Assembly (NCBI RefSeq): GCF_001194135.2
Contig: NC_068991.1
Location: 16,668,638-16,732,637, forward strand
DNA from: Octopus bimaculoides
Taxonomy: Eukaryota
Reading direction: 5' to 3'
DNA length: 64,000 nt
Every line of letters begins with the position of its first letter. The first letter of the stretch is position 1. Shown here one piece after another: positions 1-11,994 of this stretch. The notes under the pieces are model-generated. The model was not told the DNA's origin and searched no databases. It worked only from the letters and a program-made list of their open reading frames with translations. The translations under genes and the position numbers were made by a program.

Positions 1-288
1 TAAATTTATCAGGTAGATTTTCAATAACAGCTCAATTTAGTGTTTGATATTGTAGAACAGGTAGTATATTTTATAGTGTTTGAGTTTAGAAAATTCTATA
101 TCGAGCACATTAATTATGACTAAAAGCTTCAGAGAACAAAACTGATATTAAAGCTAATTACAGACCATGTACAAGGCCAATGGTAAATCGTGTATTATTG
201 CAAAACTTAAATCAATGCAACTGATGTTAAATATTTGCAACACAGTAGTGGAAATGTAAACGCCAAAAAGAAAAACAGAATTTGAAAT

Positions 289-319
<31 letters not shown>

Positions 320-2548
320 CCACCAGTGCTAATACCGTCATCACCATCACACCATGATCAACACCACAACTGACTCCATAATAACCATCACATTGTCAGT
401 ATCATCATCATCATTAATACCACCACCAATACCATCATCACCATAAATATATCAATACCATCACCATCACATTATCACTATCATCATTGTCATCATCATC
501 AACACCACAACTGACACCATAACCATCACATCATTACTATCATCTTTGTCATCATCACCACCATCACCATCACATTATCACTATCATCATTGTCATCAAT
601 ACCACCACCACCACCATCACATCACTATCATCATTGTCTTCATCATCATCATCAACATCATTATTGTTGTCATTGTCGTTATGGTCATCCATTTAACTGA
701 TGCTCTTCCTGTTGCCAACCTTCACTTGTTTCTCAGTGAGGAATTATTCCTCAGTGGCCAGACATGTTTACACAGAAGACTGGAAACAAATGACACCAAT
801 TGTATGACAGTGACACTCATTTACAGCTATCATGTGATGTCAAGACAAGGAGACACAAACACACAAACACAGGTGTCATCATCATCGTTTAACATCTGCT
901 TTCTATGCTCGCATGAGTTGGACAGTGTGACAGGAGTTGACCAGCCAGAGAGGAGCCCAGGCTCCAATTGTCAGTTTTGGTATGGTTTCTATGGGTGGAT
1001 GCCCTTCCTAATTCCAAACACTTTACAGCATGTATTGATATATTCATATACACAATGGGCTTCTTTCAGTTTCTGTGTACAATACCATACAAGTCCTTTA
1101 ACCCCTTGATGTTTGTTGGAGCACTGCAGCCATGCAGTGTATCTTGAGCAAGAAAGCCGAGCAGAGCCTATCCCTCTCCAGGCTAAACTCATTTCTACAG
1201 CTGAGTGGACTGGCGCAACATGAAATGATGTATTTTGTTCAAGAACACAATGGGTCACTCAGTCCAAGGATTAAAACTACAATCTTATCGTCGTGAATCC
1301 AACACCCTAACCACTAAGCGACGTGCCTCCACTCATAATGGTACTTGTTTCTACAGCTGAGTGGACTGGAGCAAGACCACAACCTGGTCCAGGAATCAAA
1401 ACCATAATTTTACAATCATGAGTCCAACAACCTAACCACAAAGCCACACGCCTCCACAGTTCCTGTCTACTAAATGAAATTACAAAGCATTGGTCAGCCT
1501 AGGCCTTAGCACAAAGGATTTGCATAAGGTGCCATGCAGAGGGACTGAACCCAAAACCATAGAACAGAGAAGCAAAATTCCTCATCACACAGCTATGCCG
1601 AGATAATCAATAGACAACAGCACTTTCCATGCTACAATATGTCTTTTCAACATGTGATAAAAATTAGGTTAAAGCTCAAGACAGGATATAAAAGTTCATT
1701 GCTCGGTGGACCACATTTTATACCTGAAAGCTTCGGGTCATAAAATTGACTCGCTAATGCTTCTCAACACTTACCTAACACTGATCAAGTGTTCTGTCTG
1801 GTTTAATTCTCATGTTTGCCTTCTGAGAGGACAGAAATAAAATAAAATAAACTACTTTGCCTAAGGACACAATGATATGCCTTCTAGTCTAGGAAACAAA
1901 CCTGTGACCTTTTGATCAAGAGCCCAGTTGTCTAACCACTAGGCCACGCTGAACAGTAAAATATAGATAAGTAAATATATGTACGTGTATATATATATAT
2001 ATATATATATNNNNNNNNNNNNNNNNNNNNNNNNNNNNNNNNNNNNNNNNNNNNNNNNNNNNNNNNNNNNNNNNNNNNNNNNNNNNNNNNNNNNNNNNNN
2101 NNNNNNNNNNNNNNNNNNNNNNNNNNNNNNNNNNNNNNNNNNNNNNNNNNNNNNNNNNNNNNNNNNNNNNNNNNNNNNNNNNNNNNNNNNNNNNNNNNNN
2201 NNNNNNNNNNNNNNNNNNNNNNNNNNNNNNNNNNNNNNNNNNNNNNNNNNNNNNNNNNNNNNNNNNNNNNNNNNNNNNNNNNNNNNNNNNNNNNNNNNNN
2301 NNNNNNNNNNNNNNNNNNNNNNNNNNNNNNNNNNNNNNNNNNNNNNNNNNNNNNNNNNNNNNNNNNNNNNNNNNNNNNNNNNNNNNNNNNNNNNNNNNNN
2401 NNNNNNNNNNNNNNNNNNNNNNNNNNNNNNNNNNNNNNNNNNNNNNNNNNNNNNNNNNNNNNNNNNNNNNNNNNNNNNNNNNNNNNNNNNNNNNNNNNNN
2501 NNNNNNNNNNNNNNNNNNNNNNNNNNNNNNNNNNNNNNNNNNNNNNNN

Positions 2549-2580
<32 letters not shown>

Positions 2581-2581
2581 A

Positions 2582-3000
2582 TTACTGAGATCCTCCTCTA
2601 GTATGTGCCACTTGGTGAAGAATGAAGTTTGATATAGCTACCCTCATGTGCACCTCTTGCCGTGAGGTAGGTTCATCTGGGACTCTCAACAGGAAGAGGT
2701 CCAGCCTTGATATAAAAATGCCTACATCTACTTTGTGCAGGTTCTTTAGACTCTTTGGGAGAATATTAAAAAGCTGTGGGCCCCTGAAACTCAGGTTGTT
2801 GCAGTAACTAGTCTTGAAGCACAATGGCATTATGGCATCTTTGGCACTGTGCAGTGTCAATCTGTTTTGGCATTGGTGTAGCTGTCAATGCCAAAATTTG
2901 ACACAATTCCTTCCAAGATCTCCCAGATGTATATTACTGCATACCTCTCCCACCTTCACTCTAGGGAGTAGAGTCTTAGCTGTTTCAGCCTTTCCCAGTA
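2582..3000 (-). mobile_element. 3' fragment of a CR1/L2-group LINE ORF2 (decayed)
   Basis: Minus strand gives ERLKQLRLYSLE*RWERYAVIYIWEILEGIVSNF and then SFRGPQLFNILPKSLKNLHKVDVGIFISRLDLFLLRVPDEP, the typical CR1/L2 C-terminal motifs. Contains stops and a frameshift. Confidence 0.8.
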
Positions 3001-3174
3001 GCTGAGCTGTAACTTAACAGTTCGGCAAAAGAGACCGATAGAATAAGTACGAAGCATACAAAGAATAAGTCCTGGGGTCGATTTGCTCAACTAAAGGCGG
3101 TGCTCCAGCATGGCCACAGTCAAACTGACTGAAACAAGTAAAAGAATAAAAGAAAATATATATATATATATGCA

Positions 3175-3214
<40 letters not shown>

Positions 3215-3451
3215 TGAGAGAGAAAGAGAGAGAGAGAGAGAGAGATGAAATGCAAGTGTAGGAATGATGATGATGCATAAATATTAATGACAAGCAGACA
3301 GCAAAAGACAGCAGCAAAAGAACTTTGGTGGACATTAGGAATAGTAATCATGGCATCGACTGCAATGAGTATGATGACCTCCATTGTAATTATGTTGAAT
3401 TACCACATTAGACATATTTTTATAGGATGAAAATTTGCTGCAAATGTCTCC

Positions 3452-3499
<48 letters not shown>

Positions 3500-3673
3500 C
3501 CACTATCCTTCTCTCTCCCACTGTCTGTCTATCTACCTATTTATTTACCTGTCTATCTCTCTCTATGTCGATGCATGTCTATGTATACAGATATGTATAT
3601 CTTTCTTTTAGTAGTAATGTTGCTGATGTTGTCAAGCAAGATCAGTCATTGACAGGCCAATATGCATACATAT

Positions 3674-3728
<55 letters not shown>

Positions 3729-3947
3729 NNNNNNNNNNNNNNNNNNNNNNNNNNNNNNNNNNNNNNNNNNNNNNNNNNNNNNNNNNNNNNNNNNNNNNNN
3801 NNNNNNNNNNNNNNNNNNNNNNNNNNNNNNNNNNNNNNNNNNNNNNNNNNNNNNNNNNNNNNNNNNNNNNNNNNNNNNNNTATAAACATCATCACTTAAT
3901 GTCTAGTTTCCATGCTGGTATGGCATGGAAAAGTGGTTGTTAAACAA

Positions 3948-3981
<34 letters not shown>

Positions 3982-4984
3982 GAGCTAATTTATAGTCCAT
4001 ACTTTGAAATGGTAATTCACACTGTAGGTGCTTGGCCTGCTGGCTGGCTGGTTGGCTGGGTTGAGAGTGAGAGGCAGGTGGTTAGACAGTGTGGTGATAG
4101 GAAGTGTCCAGCCAGTGCAGTGGCATAACATTCACCAACAGATCGAATGTTTATTTCATGAGACCCATTGCAGCTTTTAGACACACAACCAACTCTCTAT
4201 AAATCACCAAAGAAGGTTTCATCTTTCAATGCAAAAGCACATACACACTCGTACATCTTGGATAAAGTATAACTTTAACGGCATCAGATCTGTCACGCAC
4301 TTTACCAAAAGACAACTTCCTGAGCCCTCATAAATCTAGATAAATTTCAAACACTTACACAAGAAAAAAAATAGTAAAAAATACAAACAAGATCTTTTGC
4401 ATCATGGCAGGATGCATCATGAATATTGCACCAATAAACCACATACATATATGCCAAGAAGTGATCTTCTATGTGGTCACTTGGAATGCTAGAAATAGTA
4501 GCCAATCTTTCTCACATCATTTATTTGGGAAAAAAAAAGAGAAAAATATATTGGATAATAGATGCACTGTCTAAAAACGATATATATGAAATGGCCATGG
4601 TTGGAATGCTTTTCATCATAGGTTGGTTCAATCAGGGCTGAGCTGGGCCTAAACCACAACAACGCAGTTATATTGGTTTCAAATTTTGGCACAAGGTCAA
4701 TAAGTTTGGAGGTGGGGCAAGTTGATTGCAATGATCCCAGTGCTCAACTGGTACTTAATTTATTGACCTCCAAAAGGATGAAAGGTAAAGCTGATCTTGG
4801 CAGAATTTGAACTCAGAACATAAAGATGGACAAAATGCCGCTAAGCATTTTGACCAGTGTGCTTACAAATCCACCAGCTTGCTGCCTTACAATAACACAA
4901 TTATATTGCCATAAGATCTGTTGCTTCACTGAAACAAGTATGACACATCACCATGACAATCTAACCTCTTTTGTTTCTAACATT

Positions 4985-5390
4985 ATCATCATCATCATCA
5001 TCGTTTAACGTCCACTTTACACGCTGGCATGGGTTGGACGATTTGACTGAGGACTGGCAAAACAGATGGCTGCACCAGGCTCCAATCTGATCTGGCAGAG
5101 TTTCTACAGCTGGATGCCCTTCCTAACGCCAACCACTCCAGGAGTGTAGTTGGTGCTTTTACGTGTCACCGGCACGAAGGCCAGTCTGGTGGTACTGGCA
5201 ACAGCCACACTCATATGGTGTTTTTTAGGTGCCGCCTGCACAGGAGTCAGTCCAGCGGCACTGGCAACGACCTCGCTCAAATGTTTTGTTCACGTGCCAG
5301 TAAGGCAACACTGGTAATGATCACTCTCAAACGGTACTTTTTACATGCCCCCAGCAAGGAAGCCAGACAGCTGCCCTGGCAGTAATCCCA
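4985..5390 (+). mobile_element. Interspersed repeat family C, read from its (ATC)n-tail side
   Basis: (atc)n-gtttaacgtcc..catgggttgga..ggctccaat..gatgcccttcctaacgccaacc recurs at about 890, 9700, 12000, 22220, 27740, 37150 and 41630. True orientation not determined. Confidence 0.65.
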
Positions 5391-5511
5391 CATTATACAT
5401 GGCTATATTACTTTGGAGATATGTGTTTCTGTCCCTGTTTGAGACAGGAGCATGTTATTTGTGAGAGATTTAGCTTCTAGTTCATGAAAATACACCAATA
5501 TTGGTTCTTAA

Positions 5512-5722
5512 CCCTTCAGCATTCAGATTTCTTTAGTCAAATGTATTCTTATTTGTTCACATTGTTTAGAATTAATCATGCATTATCTTGTAGCTTCAAG
5601 ATTTCAATTATGTGTCCGCATATTTTTAGAACGACATTGTTGGATAGGTGCAAGATGTCGGATCTGGTCAGTTGTAACATAAAATATTTTGACCAGATAT
5701 GGGTGGATTAAATGCTAAAGGG
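5512..5722. mobile_element. TTAA-flanked (piggyBac-like) MITE, family CCCTTTAGCATT
   Basis: TTAA|CCCTTCAGCATT ... AATGCTAAAGGG|TTAA. Homologous copies at 11517-11994 and 26492-26708. Confidence 0.75.
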
Positions 5723-6227
5723 TTAAGCCCCAAGCTCCTACCCATAAATGGATATGTTATGTAATCCATAGATAGACATTTTAAAATTTTATAAAGTTGT
5801 GTGGGGGTGTGTATGCACATGTGTGTGTATGTGTGCATACATGTGTGCATACATGTGTGCATGTATGTTTGTGCAATTCAATAAACAGATGTTTATAAGT
5901 ACCAAATATAAATAAATACTAGGATCAATAGAATCAACTAAGACTATTGTATTTATATTCACCAACACTCATTTATGTGTGCATAAGTACGCACTATTTT
6001 TCCTTATTTATCTATTCATGTATTTACTTACTGAAAGATACAATGGGTAAACTAATTGAAAAATATGAATTATTCATGTGACAGTGTAATTGTTTTTATA
6101 ATTTGTTCCGGAATTATCCAGGGAAATGCTATTATCGCCTATATATAAATTTACAACCTCTTGATCTGAAACTAGTTTTATAAGTGCTAATACACGAAAC
6201 TCTCTTGGCCCTTGAGTCACTCTGCTA

Positions 6228-6265
<38 letters not shown>

Positions 6266-7519
6266 TTTATTCTTTTACTTGTTTCAGTCATTTGACTGTG
6301 GCCATGCTGGAGCACTGCTTTAAAGGGTTTCGGTCCAAGAAATCAACCCCAGGACTTATTCTTTGTAAGCTTAGTACTTATTCTATCAGTCTCTTTTGCT
6401 GATCCACTAAGTTACANNNNNNNNNNNNNNNNNNNNNNNNNNNNNNNNNNNNNNNNNNNNNNNNNNNNNNNNNNNNNNNNNNNNNNNNNNNNNNNNNNNN
6501 NNNNNNNNNNNNNNNNNNNNNNNNNNNNNNNNNNNNNNNNNNNNNNNNNNNNNNNNNNNNNNNNNNNNNNNNNNNNNNNNNNNNNNNNNNNNNNNNNNNN
6601 NNNNNNNNNNNNNNNNNNNNNNNNNNNNNNNNNNNNNNNNNNNNNNNNNNNNNNNNNNNNNNNNNNNNNNNNNNNNNNNNNNNNNNNNNNNNNNNNNNNN
6701 NNNNNNNNNNNNNNNNNNNNNNNNNNNNNNNNNNNNNNNNNNNNNNNNNNNNNNNNNNNNNNNNNNNNNNNNNNNNNNNNNNNNNNNNNNNNNNNNNNNN
6801 NNNNNNNNNNNNNNNNGGGGTTGTGTTTAACCCTTTTTTTAAACCTAACAAAACTCTCAACTCTCATGCATCCTTATTTTTCCTACCAGTTTATACATGA
6901 ACTACTATTGAACTACAAAAGCTCAAAGACAATATAATGTATGGGTATATTAATTTTTTTATATATTATTGTTTTATATATTATTTTCTTCATTTTGTAC
7001 TTCTTTGTAAAAAAATATTTTCATTCTTCTTCTTCTTGATAATTTGCTTTTCACAATGAAAACCGGTTAGAAGAAATCTTTATTAAAACATGCTTCCAGT
7101 TTAGCATTCTGGCTTTTTTTCATTTTCCTATATATATATATATATATATATATATCATGGACTCACCTGTCACAAATGTCAGATGACGGTTCTGTAATTG
7201 TTTTGTTTTTGCTGAGAGGCCTGCACACATGATTTGTGTTTAGCAATCAAATATTTGCTGTACATAATTTGCTCACTTCCTCCATCAAATCAACCTTGCC
7301 CGTACAGATGAACAGCATGTCACACATCAGATGTTGAAGTGGTCACAGAGCAACAAGCAACATAAGATGAAGTGTTTTGCTCAAGAACACAATGCATCAA
7401 CCAGTTCAGGAATTGAAACCTCAATCCCAATGTCATGAGTCCAACACCTTAATGACTAGGCCACACACTCTCAATGCGTGTTCATGTGTGTGTGTGTGTG
7501 TGTATCTGTTTAACTGTTT

Positions 7520-7900
7520 AACTTGTTTCAGTCATTTGACTGTGGCCATGCTGGAGCACCGCCTTTAGTCGAGCAAATCGACCCCAGGACTTATTCTTTG
7601 TAAGCCTAGTACTTATTCTATCGGTCTATTTTGCCGAACCGGTAAGTTACGGGGACGCAAACACACCAGCATCGGTTGTCAAGCGATGTTGGGGGGACAA
7701 ACACAGACACACAAACACACACACATATATATATATACAACAGGTTTCTTTGAGTTTCCGTCTACCAAATCCACTCACAAGGCTTTCGTCGGCCCGAGGC
7801 TATAGTAGAAGACACTTGCCCAAGGTGCCACACAGTGGGAATGAACCCGGAACCATGTGGTTGGTAAGCAAGCTACTTACCACACAGCCACTCCTATGCC
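7520..7900 (-). mobile_element. Abundant bipartite SINE with internal microsatellite (family A), near full length
   Basis: Modules ggagtggctgtgtggtaag..gtagacggaaact and gtccccc..gaccgatagaataagtactaggcttac..cagtcaaatgactgaaacaagt recur roughly 20 times in the window, e.g. about 13000, 23000, 29900, 32750, 34100, 35900, 39200, 43500, 47300, 53700 and 63300. Confidence 0.8.
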
Positions 7901-10900
7901 TATGTGCATATATATGTATGTAAATGCATCATATGTTATAATACCCAGATGAATAATGTTAGATGAATATGTTACATACTATAATACAACAAAGTGTTGG
8001 AGAATATTGGTCAGTGATGATGCTGCTTCATGTTACTTTCATTTGTCTGCTTTGTTATATTCTTGTTAGGAACAATTCCAATCTGATTTTACCATTTTAG
8101 TGATGAGAATAAATTGATCATTCTCATTAGACAGGATCAATTATTCAATTAAGAAGTCAAGCATCATGCTCAGAAGTCCAAAACTAATTATCTAAAGTCA
8201 AAACCAATAAATAGGTCAATATTCATTAATGAGTTGTTGTTTTTTTTCTTTCCAAGAATTAGTCACTTTTGATTTTGCTAGGCTCAAAGCCTCCAATCTT
8301 CATATTAGAAGAAACATGATGTAATGACTCTCATACCACTTTATTTTTTTTTCTTTCTCATTCTCGGAGGGGTTTTTCCATTCATTCAACCATCTTCTCT
8401 GTCCCCTATTCCTGGGAGGATCATGGTAGTAAAGTTCTCAGGCACGTCCTCCTTGGGTCTTATAAGAAGCAACTGTCATTACACTTTCTAGCTGGATTCC
8501 CGAGTGTGATCAACTGATCTTTTCTACTCTAAGCACAAGACCCGAAATTTTTGGTGAGGGGGCCAGTTAATTACATCGACCCCAGTACGCAACTGGTACT
8601 TAATTTATCAACCCTGAAAGGATGAAAGGCAAAGTCGACCTCAGCGGAATTCGAACTCAGAACATAAAGACAGACAAAATACTGCTAAACATTTCACCCC
8701 GCATCTAACACTTCTGTCAGCTCACCGCCTTGAGATGATAGATATTATCCAACCATCTCAAATGCACAGTAAATGGGTGTTTTTGTAGAACAGACCCCCA
8801 CCCTGCACAACACGTCTCTCACTGTTCCAGCCCCTACCCCAACCCCACTCCCCACATCTGTCCTTCGACATCACTTTTTCTTTCATTTTCTCATTCACAA
8901 CTTTACAGCCTAGTGTTAAGGCTATTATTTTTCTTCCTTTCGCAAATTCTTCCTCGTGCAGGCCCCGCTATGGATCAAGGTTGACCATGCGTCTGCACAC
9001 ACATGTGCAGGCCCAAGCAAGATTTTTCTGAGGAAAGCTGGCAGTTGCCATTTTCCAAAATTATTCTCAAAAGCATTTGAAACAAAAGCAGTGTATTTCA
9101 ATGGAAATATAGTAAGAAAAGGATTAATGCCATGACATAGTTTTATATTTTAAATGTCTAGTAAATCATAGGACTTGGCTTCAAATCCACGGTGTGTATT
9201 GTCTTGCTTTTTATGTTTTTGTTAAGGTTTAGTAAGAGAAAGAGGGGGCAACATTCATGACCTTTCTGTAGGGCATCTAAAATTGGTAGAGGTGAAGGTA
9301 TAAATGACCATATCTCATGGTTGTTGCAGTAAGAAGCAGAACATCCAGAGATCAAGTTACAGTTAAACTGGAGACTTGGTGTAAATGCTTACAACACAAA
9401 TTAGTCTATGAAAAGCCATTAAGTGCCATGTGGATTATTCTAAAAACATGAACAGTTCCTTTGATGGGCTTCTATACAGTTTCCATCTCCCTAATTTTCC
9501 TCAAGACTCGGGCTGACCCACAGCTACACTAGAAGATACCTGTACAAGGTACCAAGAAATGGAATCAAACCCACAATTAGGTGTTTGCAAAACAAAATTC
9601 CAACTATGTACCCCCTTCACAGCAAAACATCTGCTTCTGTCTCTCTGTCACACTTTAAGCATTCATCATCTGACACAAGATCACCTCCTCTCAAAGATTC
9701 CTTGTCTTGCAAAGTTACTTGGTGACTCTGCCAGTACTGGTGCCACTTAAAAAGCATCCCATCCACACTGTAAAGTGGTTGGCATTTGGAAGGGCATCCA
9801 GCTGTAAAAAACATGCCAAAACTGACCTCACTTATGATGCCATGTAAAAAGCACTCAGCCCACTCTGATGGGTAGTTGGTGTTAGGAAGGGCAACCAGCC
9901 ATAAAAACCATGCCAAAACAGACACAGAAGTATGGTGCAGGCTTCTGCTTGGCCGGCTCCTATCAAACCATCCAATCCAAGTCAACATGGAAGAAGGATG
10001 TTAAATGATGGTGGTGATGACGATGATGTCCAAGACTGTGTGTGAGTACGTTTTCAGGCAGCGTAATTAATTCTATAAACTCAAGTCTCCAAAGCTGTTG
10101 AGCAAATAGGTACCAAAATCTTCTGAAAATATAACCTTAATCTGTGATAGATTGAGAAACCCATATCTTTTTTTTGGCATTCAAGTTGAAATTTTTCAGA
10201 TCAAAATTTACATCCCTCACTCAAACAAAAGATAGATTAACTTATACACCTAGATGGATTTGGAGGACCTAAAATTCCATGTGAAATGCAGCAGGATTTG
10301 GAAAGATAGAGATGATCCTTCAATGTTTACACTACGTACTATGTCAATTTGTATGCCAAAAATACAGTACTTTCCAAAAGGAAGACTTATCTCTTTTCTC
10401 ATACCCAAAAATCCAGGGCCATGCATCTAGAAACTACTTTTTGTGGAGAGCTTAAGAGGCAATGTTGTGCAGAACTACGAAGTGTGAAAATATGGTAATA
10501 AAGAAGAGGATATGGAAGTGAGTGGCAGATGCTAAGTAGCCATGAAGATAAAGATTATTAAAGCTCCTGTTGATGATTAGGTGTATGGAAATTAATTGGA
10601 TATCCAGTAAAACTAAAAGCAAGATAAACATCATTAAGAATTTGTTGTTGAAGGAATGGTGGATCAGATAATAAAGGGGAATGGTTAGATAACTACTTAA
10701 ACATTCTGTGAACGTGTGGAGTCAAGTTAAATTCAAATGAAAATGGAAGTCGAAAGAACCCTTGCTAAAAAAAAAAAAAAATAATGAATGCAAAAATTAC
10801 AAAAAATAAATGCAAACAATAAAAATAAATTTTTAAAACTACTAAAAATTAAATGCAAAAACAAAAAAAAATTATAGAAAATAACTGACTGCAAAGTTGT

Positions 10901-11516
10901 TAAAAATATGCAAAAAATACAAAACAAAATATATAAAGTTTATCAGAAAAATTTTGAAAATATAAACTATAGAAAAGAAATCATAAGATAAAAAGATATT
11001 TCGCAAAAATTACTAAAAGGATAAAAGAGAAAAGGTTTACAAACCCAACGAGTGGTTGGTATATTGAAACCTAGACAAATATTACGAATATCTAGATGGA
11101 CAGATAAAATACTAAACGATGGGATTTCTAAGTGGCTGCTTGACCTTCTTGAAATAGAAGTCAAACCTCTCACAAACTGCGACTTATTTTCAAAAATGGA
11201 AGGTTGTATTTGGATAATGTAAATCCTGTGGTGAGCTTCCAGTGTGGGAGAACGGGAATTAGGAGAACTCTGCAGTTACCCCTTAGTAACCACTAATCCT
11301 ATGTCAGCCCTGGTATGAGGTGGTAGTAATGTCAAAGGCCTCAGCTATGGATCAAATAACTAAACATGGTCCTATGGCTGAGACATACAAAAGCTAGCCC
11401 TTAGACATGTGTCACACAGGCTTAAGATTTGAATATACATTGCATATCTTGCTTCATATAACTAATTTCTCCAAATCAAGAAGATCATCATCATCATCAC
11501 CATCATAATTGTTTAA

Positions 11517-11994
11517 CCCTTTAGCATTCCAATTATTCTGTCTAACGTAATGCTTATTTCTTCACATTGTTTTGAATTAATCATGCATTATCTTGTAGCT
11601 TTAAGATTTCAGTGATGTGCTTGCTTATTTCCAGAATGACAGTGTATGGTAAGTGCATGAACCTGAATATGGTTAGTCTGTACATAAGACAGGTATAATA
11701 AGACAGGTATACATAAGACAGGTATAATATTTGGGCTGGATAGGCAGCAAGCTGGCGGAGTCGTTAGCACATCTGGTGAAATGCTTAGCAGTATTTCGTC
11801 TGTCTTAGCATTCTGAGTTCAAATTCCGCCAAAGTCGACTTTGCCTTTCATCCTTTCAGGGTCGATAAATTAAGTACCAGTTGCATACTGGGGTTGATCT
11901 AATTGACTGGCCCCCTCCCCCAAAATTTTGGGCCTTGTGCCTAGAGCAGAAAAGAATATTTGGGCTAGATATGGCCAGTTTAAATGCTAAAGGG
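11517..11994. mobile_element. TTAA-flanked MITE carrying a nested SINE (11743-11954)
   Basis: TTAA|CCCTTTAGCATT ... AATGCTAAAGGG|TTAA. The SINE is flanked by the duplication aatatttgggct(g/a)gata. Confidence 0.75.

Noticed and set aside
546-1109. His/Ile/Thr/Val-rich ORFs here and at 15832-16548, 19819-20414, 38764-39209 and 40445-40796
   Set aside because: Degenerate trinucleotide repeats, with no domain, splice or codon evidence.
7167-7191. 25-nt minus-strand micro-exon with a GTGAGT donor
   Set aside because: The acceptor lacks a polypyrimidine tract, the length is frameshifting, and the segment appears to lie in repeat-derived sequence.
8012-8086. C/D box snoRNA (AGTGATGA ... CTGA)
   Set aside because: No terminal stem, no internal C'/D' boxes and no recognisable rRNA guide; such boxes arise by chance in 64 kb.
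9158-9355. THAP-like start MISGCSASYCNN
   Set aside because: The remaining THAP signature residues are absent and the ORF starts at a non-ATG codon.
10740-11060. Mitochondrial insertion (NUMT) suggested by extreme A skew
   Set aside because: No recognisable mitochondrial protein, rRNA or tRNA sequence.
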